This document shows positions 9,067 through 16,046 of a DNA stretch of 39,057 bases, one piece after another; the first letter of the stretch is position 1; the number at the start of each line of letters is the position of its first letter. The notes under the pieces were generated by a model, which saw only the letters and a program-made list of their open reading frames with translations, did not search any database and was not told the DNA's origin. This DNA comes from a virus (taxonomy: Duplodnaviria > Caudoviricetes), in the IMG/VR virus record IMGVR_UViG_3300043764_000100, positions 1-39,057 of that record; one strand, given 5' to 3'. A program made the position numbers and the translations under genes.

Positions 9067-9163
9067 GATGCGCCGGTGATGCGCGGCTGATACGCCGCAG
9101 GTCAGCGGCATGACAACGGCCCCACCCGAATGCCCGGGTGGGGCCGTGATGCGTGGTGATGCG
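9067..9163. repeat. Helically phased GATGCG repeats plus GCAGGTCAG box
   Basis: GATGCG at 9067 and 9078, GATACG at 9089 (11-bp period), GCAGGTCAG at 9097-9105, GATGCG at 9148 and 9158; inverted CTGACCTGC at 9034-9042. Confidence 0.75.
9116..9147. terminator. Bidirectional terminator between convergent genes
   Basis: Perfect 13-bp stem ACGGCCCCACCCG / CGGGTGGGGCCGT with a 6-nt loop. Confidence 0.75.
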
Positions 9164-9451
9164 TCAGGCCGAAGGCAGCTCGGAGGCGGTGGCCTTGGCG
9201 CTGACGACGGTGCGCTCGCGCAGGGGTGGGACGCCGCCGGCCTTGGCGATCCGGCCGACGTGCTGCCGCTCGAACGGGACGATGCGCGTCACCTCGGATG
9301 GTCCGAGTGTGCGGGCGTTGAGTACGGCGACGATGCCGGCGTTGAGCGCTTCGCGGGCGGCTTCGAATGCGGCTTCGGCTTCGGTGTAGGCAGCACTGAG
9401 TTCGGCGAGCTGGTCGCGTGCTGCCTGCTGCGCTCTCTCGGTGCTGGTCAT
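9164..9451 (-). CDS. Small HTH regulator, probably leaderless (95 aa)
   Basis: MTSTERAQQAARDQLAELSAAYTEAEAAFEAAREALNAGIVAVLNARTLGPSEVTRIVPFERQHVGRIAKAGGVPPLR: coiled coil plus HTH; -10-like CATCAT 6 nt upstream of the ATG and no RBS. Confidence 0.8.
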   Translation of the reverse strand: MTSTERAQQAARDQLAELSAAYTEAEAAFEAAREALNAGIVAVLNARTLGPSEVTRIVPFERQHVGRIAKAGGVPPLRERTVVSAKATASELPSA

Positions 9452-9497
9452 GCCCCGATGATGCCACGGCCGGGTGCGGCGCTGATAGATGCGCCCC

Positions 9498-9546
9498 TTG
9501 CATCTCAATGATGCATCTTGACGTTGCAACCTCATGATGCAAGTAT
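9498..9546 (+). promoter_or_regulatory. Cassette promoter with two operator-like palindromes
   Basis: TTGACG (9518-9523)-N17-AAGTAT (9541-9546); TTGCA-N9-TGCAT at 9498-9516 and TTGCA-N9-TGCAA at 9524-9542 flank the -35. Confidence 0.7.
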
Positions 9547-9589
9547 GGGTGACGAAGGCAGCCGCCGCCACCCCAACGGGAGAAGCCCG

Positions 9590-9970
9590 ATGCGCACCAC
9601 CGCCAAGATCCGCACCCGCAACACCAACCAGGCCCGCCAGGCCGGCCGCCACATCCAGTACGCCACCCTCAACGGCCGCCTCCAGGCCGCCCTCGACCGC
9701 GGCCACATCATCCGCACCGGCGACCACCTCCAGCACCTCGGCATCCAGCTCCCCGACGGACAGCAGTCCTGGTACGGCCGGCACGTCGCCAAGGCCCACC
9801 GCGCCACCACCGGCACCGACGCGCCCCGCGCCTGGGTGCAGCACCGCACCACCGGCCGCTGGATCGCCGTGTACGTGTACACCCCCGACGCCCCGGCCCT
9901 CACCGCCGCGCTCTGGTCCTACAAGGCCACCCGCCCCGCTGCTGAGCGCCTCTACGCGGAGGCCGCCTAG
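9590..9970 (+). CDS. Basic putative DNA-binding protein (126 aa)
   Basis: GGGAG RBS, ATG at 9590; YGRHVAKAHRATTG..P....TGRW..VYVY resembles antirepressor C-terminal-like DNA-binding modules. Confidence 0.7.
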   Translation: MRTTAKIRTRNTNQARQAGRHIQYATLNGRLQAALDRGHIIRTGDHLQHLGIQLPDGQQSWYGRHVAKAHRATTGTDAPRAWVQHRTTGRWIAVYVYTPDAPALTAALWSYKATRPAAERLYAEAA

Positions 9971-10027
9971 ACCAACTCCGCTGCCGCCCGACCGACCAGC
10001 CGCCCGTACATCACCCCGGAGAGCACC

Positions 10028-10303
10028 ATGACCGACCAGCCCGACGAGTTCTTCCGCCCCGGCATCACCTACACCGTCAACCCGAACGGCATCGCGCCCG
10101 AGATCCGCGCCGAGTTCATCTGCCACGGTGTCGGAATCAACCCCCGCAACGGCGAGAAGCGCGCCTTCGGGTTCTACCGCGCTGGCGCCTTCGACGACTG
10201 GTTCTCGACCGCGCTGCGGGCCGAGCGGTGGACGGACGCGGAGTGGTGGCCGCTGTGTACGGACCCGCAGTGCCCGGAGCACGCCGGCTACACCGCGCCC
10301 TGA
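10028..10303 (+). CDS. Hypothetical protein (91 aa)
   Basis: GGAGAG RBS; FFRPGITY...FIC...P..GE.RAFGF; C-terminal CxxxxCxxH. Confidence 0.7.
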   Translation: MTDQPDEFFRPGITYTVNPNGIAPEIRAEFICHGVGINPRNGEKRAFGFYRAGAFDDWFSTALRAERWTDAEWWPLCTDPQCPEHAGYTAP

Positions 10304-10312
10304 CTCCTCTGA

Positions 10313-10648
10313 CCGGCTTGGCGGCCGTGACCACCACGGCCGCCCCCTTCCCGCCCACCAATCCGTTGCCTGCTCAAGGAGATTCGTCGTGACCACACCC
10401 GCCATCACCGTCGCCGCCCTCGCCGCCGAGCTCGGCGTCACCGTCCCCGAGATCGGCCGCCGCGTCAGCGTCCTGTGCGAGGAGCTCGGCCCGCAGCAGG
10501 TCATGCACACCGCCGTTTTCAGCCCCGCGAAGTGCGTGCTGCACGACAGTGCCGCCGACCTGATCCGTCTCGACCTCGCCCCGGCCATCTGACGAACCCG
10601 GGCACTAACCCCATGGCCGGCTCGGCGGCCGTGACCACACCGGCCGCC
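10313..10648 (+). repeat. Two 32-bp hairpin direct repeats flanking a small gene
   Basis: CCGGCTTGGCGGCCGTGACCACCACGGCCGCC (10313-10344) and CCGGCTCGGCGGCCGTGACCACACCGGCCGCC (10617-10648). Confidence 0.8.
10389..10592 (+). CDS. Small HTH-like protein (67 aa)
   Basis: AAGGAG RBS, GTG; ITVAALAAELGVTVPEIGRRV. Confidence 0.7.
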   Translation: MTTPAITVAALAAELGVTVPEIGRRVSVLCEELGPQQVMHTAVFSPAKCVLHDSAADLIRLDLAPAI

Positions 10649-10688
10649 GCGCCCCACCAACCACCGCCCCGCTTCCCCGGAGCCCACC

Positions 10689-11804
10689 ATGACCACCACC
10701 CCGCCCGACGACGCCGCCGACCCCGTCGGCTGGACCGCCGCCATGGCCCTCGTCCGAACCGCCGCCGCCCTTATGGCCGCCTGGTCCCTCTACGTCGTCG
10801 CTCGCCACTACGACGTCCCGGTCCTCCTCGCCATCGTCGCCGGACTCGTCTACGACGGCGTCGCCTACGTCTGCCTCAAGCTTGCCTCCGACGCCGTCCG
10901 CGACGATCGATCCGCCGCCGCCCCCGTCCTCGCCACCCTCGGCATGGCTGGCCTGTCGGTCTACCTCAACTTGGTCCACGCCCGCTTCACCGGCGGGGGC
11001 CGCCCCGCCGAGGTGCTGTACGCATCCCCGGCCGTCGCCCTCCTCCTCGTCTCCGCCCTCGCATGGACCACCGAGCGCGCCGCCGCCCGCGCCGCTCAGG
11101 GCAAGACCCCAATGCGCATGCCGGCGTACGGCTTCCTTGGCTGGACCCTCGCCGGCCGCAAGGCCTACAAGGCCCTCAAGAGCCAGGCCGCGGCCCACGT
11201 GACCAGCGGCGCATCACCCACGCATCAGCCCGCATCAGCAGCCCTCCCGGCCCGCACCGCCGAGGACATCATCGCCGCCGAGTTCGCCGAAATCGGCCCC
11301 GCCGCCGCCGTTCAGCGCGTCGCCGCCGCCAACCCGGCTGCCACCGACGCCGAGGTCGCCGACATCCTCGCCACCTACCAGGTCAGCGTCACGCCGGGGC
11401 AGGTCGCCTTGCTGCTCGAACGCGCCGCCGTGCCCAGCGTCCGCCTCGACCGTGTCCCGCAGCCGTCGGTCGCCGAGGAGCACCCGGCCCTTGACCCCGC
11501 AAGGGTGATGCGCGGTGATGCGCCCCAGGTCAGCGGCATGGTCCTCGCCGACGCCATCGCCGCCATGTCTCGGCACCTGGACGGCGGTGGACTCCACGCC
11601 GAACCCAAGCGGGTTGTCCAGGCCCTCGCCCTGCAAGGCATGTCCACCGACAACGCCTACGTGCGAACCGCGCTGGGCCGCGCCCGCAAGGCCGAGAAGG
11701 AGGCAGCCGAGGAGGCCGCCGCGAAGGCCGCCGAGGAAGCTGCAGAGCAAGCCGCGGAGCAGGCCGAGTTCGAGCGCCGCCACGGCAACGGCGGATACGC
11801 CTGA
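10689..11804 (+). CDS. DUF2637/Spd-like multi-TM protein with a soluble C-terminal HTH-like region (371 aa)
   Basis: Four N-terminal hydrophobic segments (AWSLYVVARHYDVP..LA..AGLVYDG; LSVYLNLVHA; YASPAVALLLVS); C-terminal ATDAEVADILATYQ.. and STDNAYVRTALGRAR helices. Confidence 0.7.
   Translation: MTTTPPDDAADPVGWTAAMALVRTAAALMAAWSLYVVARHYDVPVLLAIVAGLVYDGVAYVCLKLASDAVRDDRSAAAPVLATLGMAGLSVYLNLVHARFTGGGRPAEVLYASPAVALLLVSALAWTTERAAARAAQGKTPMRMPAYGFLGWTLAGRKAYKALKSQAAAHVTSGASPTHQPASAALPARTAEDIIAAEFAEIGPAAAVQRVAAANPAATDAEVADILATYQVSVTPGQVALLLERAAVPSVRLDRVPQPSVAEEHPALDPARVMRGDAPQVSGMVLADAIAAMSRHLDGGGLHAEPKRVVQALALQGMSTDNAYVRTALGRARKAEKEAAEEAAAKAAEEAAEQAAEQAEFERRHGNGGYA
11210..11540. repeat. Phased CGCATCA/TGATGCG repeats inside the DUF2637-like gene; near copy of the 9075-9112 element
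   Basis: CGCATCA at 11210, 11221, 11231; GATGCG at 11507 and 11517 followed by CCAGGTCAGCGGCATG. Confidence 0.75.
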
Positions 11805-11888
11805 AGGACACCGCAGCTCGGGCGAGGACCGCCCCGCCAGTCCGCTCCTCAGCGTCCCCAACACCACCCTCCACGCCTGGAGATGACC

Positions 11889-12053
11889 ATGGGCCTCTGG
11901 TCCAAGCTCACCGGCGGCGAGTCCGCCAGCAGCACCCCGACCGGCCGCACCCCCCGCGAACGCGCCCGCCGTGAACGGGACATCCGCAACGCCGACGCCA
12001 ACACCGACAAGTGGCTCCGCGCCGGCGGCCTCGCTCCCCGAAAGGGACGCTGA
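11889..12053 (+). CDS. Small basic protein with an N-terminal amphipathic helix (54 aa)
   Basis: GGAG RBS; MGLWSKLTGGESASSTPTGRTPRERARRERDIRNADANTDKWLRAGGLAPRKGR; alternative ATG at 11883; not in the ORF track. Confidence 0.65.
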   Translation: MGLWSKLTGGESASSTPTGRTPRERARRERDIRNADANTDKWLRAGGLAPRKGR

Positions 12054-12055
12054 CC

Positions 12056-12784
12056 ATGACCACCATCCCGCCGCCCCCGACCCAGCCGCCGACCACCGAC
12101 GGCCCTCCCGGCGCCAAGTGGTGGAGCAAGGGCGGCCCCTGGAGCCAGCCCGCTCCCGAGCCCGTCAACCTCCGCAAGGACAACACCGACGCCGTCGAGG
12201 ACCAGGCCGTCGCTGACGACGCCCAGGAACCCGAGGCCGAGCCCGAAACCGCGGGGGATACCGACGCCGCCCCCGCCTGGGTCGACACCCTCGCCGACCG
12301 CCTCGGCACCCGACTCGGCACGATCATCAGCGAGACCCCGGAGGAGCGAACCCTCCGCGAGCAGCAGGAACGCGACGCCGTCCACGAGGCCGCAGGGGAG
12401 ACCGAATCCCAGCGCCGGGCCCGCCACAAGCGCGAAGCGGTCGCCCGCCGACAGCGCGCCGGCGCCCTGTGGCACCAGGACCACACCGAGCGCACCAAGC
12501 GATTCCGCCGCTGGTGCATCCTCACCTTCGTATCCGCTTCCGCCGGATACGCCGTCCACCTGCCCCAGGCACTCGCACACCTGCCGTTCTCGGTCGGCCT
12601 CGGCGCCCTCGGCCTCGCCTGGGCCTTCGACCTCAAGATGCGCGGCTGGGGCCACGTCCGAGTCACCCAGGTCCGCGGCCCCGCCGTGCTCTACCTCTGC
12701 CTCGTCCGCGTCCCCGTCTCCTCCGCCCTGATCGCCGTCCTCGGCCTCGCCCCCCTGCTCGCCCTCACCGGCCCCCACCACTGA
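12056..12784 (+). CDS. Membrane protein with a charged N-terminus and about 3 C-terminal TM segments (242 aa)
   Basis: AAGGGA RBS, ATG at 12056; WCILTFVSASAGYAV, SVGLGALGLAWAFD, LVRVPVSSALIAVLGL. Confidence 0.75.
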   Translation: MTTIPPPPTQPPTTDGPPGAKWWSKGGPWSQPAPEPVNLRKDNTDAVEDQAVADDAQEPEAEPETAGDTDAAPAWVDTLADRLGTRLGTIISETPEERTLREQQERDAVHEAAGETESQRRARHKREAVARRQRAGALWHQDHTERTKRFRRWCILTFVSASAGYAVHLPQALAHLPFSVGLGALGLAWAFDLKMRGWGHVRVTQVRGPAVLYLCLVRVPVSSALIAVLGLAPLLALTGPHH

Positions 12785-12803
12785 CCGTCAGGAGATCAAC
12801 ACC

Positions 12804-13238
12804 ATGGACTCTCAACTGCTCGGGTCGTTCGGCTCCGGAGGTCTCTGCCTGGCCATCGCCGTGTGGATCATCCTCGGCAGCCGTAAGCAGGAGAAGCAGG
12901 GCAAGCTTGCCAAGAAGCACAAGGACGAGCACACCGCCTGGCTGATGATCTGCTTCGGGATCTTCGCTGCCGGGGCCGGGCAGGCTTTCAGCGCCCCCGG
13001 CCAGGTCGGCGAGGCCCTCACCCACGCCTTCACCTCGCAGAGCGCCGCGTTCGGCGACGTCGGCGCCGGAGCGGTGGCCGCGATCCTGACCCTGTTTCTG
13101 TTCGGCACCAAGCCCGCTCCCATCAAGGACTCGGTGCTCGGCGCGACGGTGCCCTCCGTCTACGCCGCCGCCGGCGGAGTCTGGGCCCTGCCGCTCACCG
13201 TGATTGGCTCCGTCCTCAAGGGCCTGGTGGGCGCCTGA
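12804..13238 (+). CDS. Gly-rich multi-TM membrane protein (144 aa)
   Basis: AGGAG RBS; two similar halves (GSFGSGGLCLAIAVWIILG / GDVGAGAVAAILTLFLFG; FAAGAGQAF / YAAAGGVW). Confidence 0.8.
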   Translation: MDSQLLGSFGSGGLCLAIAVWIILGSRKQEKQGKLAKKHKDEHTAWLMICFGIFAAGAGQAFSAPGQVGEALTHAFTSQSAAFGDVGAGAVAAILTLFLFGTKPAPIKDSVLGATVPSVYAAAGGVWALPLTVIGSVLKGLVGA

Positions 13239-14110
13239 TGCACAGCCACCTCGATGACGCCGTCGCCCAGCACTCCGCCGCCCTGGCCTCGTGGAACGAA
13301 TGCCGCGCCGAGGCTCGGCAGATTGAGGACCCCACGGAACGCGCCGCCGCGCTCGCAGCCCTCAGGAGGGAAAGGCCCCGGCACCCCTACCTCGGCGGCA
13401 TCTCCCTTACCGCCCTCGGCCTCGGCAACCGGTTGATCATCCGCACCCTCAAGCCCCACGCCTCGAAGGTCCGGGTGACCCGGCAGCAGGTATGGGGAGC
13501 GGTCGGCCTGGCCGCGTTCCTCTCCCCCGTCCTGGCCCGCCCCGTCGCCCGGTACGCGCCGACCACGCTCACTGTCCTCCTCGTCCTGTGGGTGGTCGTG
13601 GCGGTCGTACTCGGCAACACCGACGCGGCTGCCGAGCCAGTCACCGAGAGCACCACACCGGAGGAGGGCCGCGAGCTGGCAGCTACTGAAGCGACCGAGG
13701 ACCCCGACGAGCCCGACGAGCGCACCGAATTCCTCTCGCTCCTCCACCGTCTGATGCCCGGCACCGAGCCCGGCAAGAACGACCGCATCCACCTCGTCCA
13801 GATCGCCGCCGCATGGACCGGCGAGGAGGGCGCCGACACCGCCCCCATCCGGACCCTCCTCGCCACCCTCAACATCCCCATCACCGACTGCCGAGTACCC
13901 GGTCGCGGCCCCTCCAAGGGCATCTACCTCCGCGACGTGCCCCCACTCCCCGGCCCCGACCGGCAGCCCCTCGCAGGTGTTGTTGCCGAGCCTGACCAGC
14001 AACAACAACAGCAACAACGGTCGGCAGCCGCCATCCAGAAGGGGTTCTGGACCAAGGACGACCCCGACAGCCCCAACCACTCCATCGTCGACTGGGAGAA
14101 AGCATCATGA
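13238..14110 (+). CDS. Membrane protein with a C-terminal winged-HTH-like domain (290 aa)
   Basis: TGATG coupling; two TM segments, acidic linker, FLSLLHRLM...RIHLVQIAAAW...IRTLLATLNIP...RVPGRGPSKGIYLRDVP. Confidence 0.75.
   Translation: MHSHLDDAVAQHSAALASWNECRAEARQIEDPTERAAALAALRRERPRHPYLGGISLTALGLGNRLIIRTLKPHASKVRVTRQQVWGAVGLAAFLSPVLARPVARYAPTTLTVLLVLWVVVAVVLGNTDAAAEPVTESTTPEEGRELAATEATEDPDEPDERTEFLSLLHRLMPGTEPGKNDRIHLVQIAAAWTGEEGADTAPIRTLLATLNIPITDCRVPGRGPSKGIYLRDVPPLPGPDRQPLAGVVAEPDQQQQQQQRSAAAIQKGFWTKDDPDSPNHSIVDWEKAS
13978..14018. repeat. Inverted GCAACAAC repeats around a CTGACCAG box
   Basis: TGTTGTTGC 13978-13986, CTGACCAG 13992-13999, GCAACAACA 13999-14007, GCAACAAC 14011-14018. 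Confidence 0.65.
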
Positions 14111-14382
14111 CCGTCATCGCCCGCTACCTGACCGTCGCCGGCACCGGCATCTCGGACCGCGAGCTCACCGTCGACATCACCGACGAGGCCCTCAAGCGGG
14201 GCCGCCTCAGCCTCATCTGCCGAGGCTGCACCTGGGACGACTGGCACGAAACCGGCAGCTGCTACGACGACACCGCCGAGCAGACCGCAGAGTGCATCGC
14301 CATGACGCTCCCCGCCGCCCGCAAGTCCGCCCAGAAGCACGCCGAGGTGTGCCGCGCGCTGCCCGTCGACAACAACCGCTGA
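14107..14382 (+). CDS. Small Zn-binding protein (91 aa)
   Basis: ATGA overlap; ARYLTVAG..V...CRGC...AQKHAEVCRALP. Confidence 0.75.
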   Translation: MTVIARYLTVAGTGISDRELTVDITDEALKRGRLSLICRGCTWDDWHETGSCYDDTAEQTAECIAMTLPAARKSAQKHAEVCRALPVDNNR

Positions 14383-14410
14383 AACAGCCGACCCAGAAAG
14401 GACAGGAGCA

Positions 14411-14587
14411 ATGACCATCGAGACCATCGACCAGCAGTTCGCCGCCGCCCAGGCCCGACTCACCGAACTCCAGCAGCGCTTCATCGAGTGCGCCTTCGAC
14501 GCGGACGAGCGCGGCCGCATCTTCGACCAGATCCGTGCGACCCGCCGCGAGATCGACCGCCTGTCCAGCCTCCAGCCGACCACCTGA
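14411..14587 (+). CDS. Small helical-hairpin protein (58 aa)
   Basis: AGGAG RBS; MTIETIDQQFAAAQARLTELQQRFIECAFDADERGRIFDQIRATRREIDRLSSLQPTT; not in the ORF track. Confidence 0.7.
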   Translation: MTIETIDQQFAAAQARLTELQQRFIECAFDADERGRIFDQIRATRREIDRLSSLQPTT

Positions 14588-14676
14588 CCACGCCCCGGGG
14601 CGGCCGCCAAAGCCTGCCAGCACGCCGGCCGCCCCGGGCCCTCCACCACCCACCAACGAGCAGGGAGAAGCCCATC

Positions 14677-14802
14677 ATGGCCTACGCCAACGGAACCGCC
14701 CAGCAACCCCAGCCGCAGCCCGAGCCCATCGTCGTCGAGCGCGGCACCGGCCTGAGCGTCGAGTGGCGCACGCCCGAACCGCAGCCCCAGCCCGAGAGCT
14801 GA
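14677..14802 (+). CDS. Small Pro/Gln-rich peptide (41 aa)
   Basis: GGGAG RBS; MAYANGTAQQPQPQPEPIVVERGTGLSVEWRTPEPQPQPES. Confidence 0.55.
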   Translation: MAYANGTAQQPQPQPEPIVVERGTGLSVEWRTPEPQPQPES

Positions 14803-14818
14803 CCGGCCGCTGACCAAC

Positions 14819-14851
14819 CCGCCCGCCCCAGGAACTACCCGGGGCGGGCGG
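14819..14851 (+). terminator. Stem-loop ending the cassette operon
   Basis: CCGCCCGCCCC / GGGGCGGGCGG inverted repeat. Confidence 0.65.
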
Positions 14852-14871
14852 ACCCGCGAGAGGATAGGCAC

Positions 14872-14991
14872 GTGATTCGCATCTTCCGTAGCTGGATCCA
14901 GGCCCCCGGATTCGTCGAGGTCATGGCCAAGTCGCTGTTCGCCAGCGCCATCCTCTTTGCCGCTGTGATCACGCTCCGGGCGGCGTCATGA
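14872..14991 (+). CDS. Small hydrophobic protein, probably leaderless (39 aa)
   Basis: -10-like GAGGAT 6 nt before the GTG; MIRIFRSWIQAPGFVEVMAKSLFASAILFAAVITLRAAS; ATGA overlap with the next gene. Confidence 0.5.
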   Translation: MIRIFRSWIQAPGFVEVMAKSLFASAILFAAVITLRAAS

Positions 14992-15446
14992 CCGCTGACC
15001 TGATCGCATTCCTCCGCGCCCGCCTCGACGAGGACGAGCAGGTGGTGCGTGCGGCTACACCCGGCCCGTGGCAGGACGGCGGCGGATACGTCACCGATAC
15101 CGGTCCGCATGGCCCCAACGCTCAGATCACGGACTACGGGACCCAGGACGGCGAACAGGGATCCGCCGACTCGGCTCATATCGCCCGCTGGGACCCGGCG
15201 CGGGTGCTGGCCGAGGTCGACGCCAAGCGGCGCATCCTGGCTGAGTACGAGCAGACCGTGACCCGCGCAGCCGACATGGAGCCAGGCACCCCAGAGACCT
15301 ATACGCGTCGGCTTCGCGAGTGGTCCGAACAGCGAGCGCAGATGACCGCGCTGAATGGGGTGTTGCGGCTCCTCACCCTTCCGTACGCCGACTACCCCGA
15401 CTACCGGCCTGAGTGGAGGCCGGACGGAGAGCCGCTTGCGGAGTGA
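14988..15446 (+). CDS. DUF6221-family protein, second copy (152 aa)
   Basis: DLIAFLRARLDEDE...ATPGPW...HIARWDPARVLAEVDAKRRIL...LRLLTLPYADYPDYRPEWRP. Confidence 0.88.
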   Translation: MTADLIAFLRARLDEDEQVVRAATPGPWQDGGGYVTDTGPHGPNAQITDYGTQDGEQGSADSAHIARWDPARVLAEVDAKRRILAEYEQTVTRAADMEPGTPETYTRRLREWSEQRAQMTALNGVLRLLTLPYADYPDYRPEWRPDGEPLAE

Positions 15447-15465
15447 TCGCTTCCCGTCGTAACCT
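15436..15465 (+). promoter_or_regulatory. Putative late-operon promoter
   Basis: TTGCGG (15436-15441)-N18-TAACCT (15460-15465) upstream of the packaging genes. Confidence 0.5.
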
Positions 15466-15500
15466 CGGCTGCAGCAGGTAGCCCCTGCCCAGAAACGCCC

Positions 15501-15536
15501 CGAAGGCCCCGCAGACACCACGTCGCGGGGCCTTCG
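15501..15536 (+). terminator. Leader stem-loop upstream of the late genes
   Basis: CGAAGGCCCCGC (15501-15512) / GCGGGGCCTTCG (15525-15536), a perfect 12-bp stem. Confidence 0.65.
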
Positions 15537-15557
15537 TGCTGCCCGGGGGAGGTGCCG

Positions 15558-15833
15558 ATGGTCCGCTACCCAAACCCGCCGCTCACCGGCATCCGCCCGG
15601 ACGACATCGCCGACCGCACCGGCACCGCCCAGGCGTTCGGCGTCGACGAGGTCACTATCAAGCGGTGGGTGCACCTGAACCTCGTTGAGGCCCTGCCGAT
15701 ACCCGGCGGCCCGCACCTCTACCACCTGCCCACCGTCGCCCTGGCCGAGCGCCACTGCTGGCTCAACGGCGCTGACCGGCCCGCACGCGGCGGACGGCGA
15801 GCAGGCTGGCGAGTCGGAGAGGTTGCCGCCTAG
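15558..15833 (+). CDS. MerR/excisionase-like HTH protein (91 aa)
   Basis: GGAGG RBS; TAQAFGVDEVTIKRWVHLNLV...LYHLPTV..AE. Confidence 0.75.
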   Translation: MVRYPNPPLTGIRPDDIADRTGTAQAFGVDEVTIKRWVHLNLVEALPIPGGPHLYHLPTVALAERHCWLNGADRPARGGRRAGWRVGEVAA

Positions 15834-16015
15834 TGTCCGCCCTCCAGGTCCTCGCCCTCGTCTCCCCGATCGTCCTACTTGCCACCCTCACGGCTCGCGC
15901 CGCCGCGTGGAGGGCCAAGCTGCAGGACCGCATCGACGGCCTCGAACGACGCCTCGATGAGCACCAGGACGACCTGCACGACATCGGCGCCGCCCTCCGC
16001 CGCGACGCCAACTGA
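15833..16015 (+). CDS. Small TM plus coiled-coil protein (60 aa)
   Basis: TAGTG overlap, GGAGAGG RBS; N-terminal TM segment then LQDRIDGLERRLDEH. Confidence 0.7.
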   Translation: MSALQVLALVSPIVLLATLTARAAAWRAKLQDRIDGLERRLDEHQDDLHDIGAALRRDAN

Positions 16016-16046
16016 CCCGCCCTCGCCCTCACCCCAAGGAGACCTC

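Larger units (their letters stand above)
9034..14851. mobile_element. Accessory cassette (moron or plasmid-derived) of membrane and DNA-binding proteins with its own divergent regulator
   Basis: Bounded by strong hairpins (9116-9147, 14819-14851); contains the only minus-strand gene, an AT-richer divergent promoter with tandem operators and Spd/DUF2637-like membrane genes. Boundaries are approximate. Confidence 0.6.

Noticed and set aside
9034-14851. Complete AICE or integrated conjugative plasmid
   Set aside because: No integrase, Rep, TraB/FtsK ATPase or att duplication in the cassette, so it is not autonomous.
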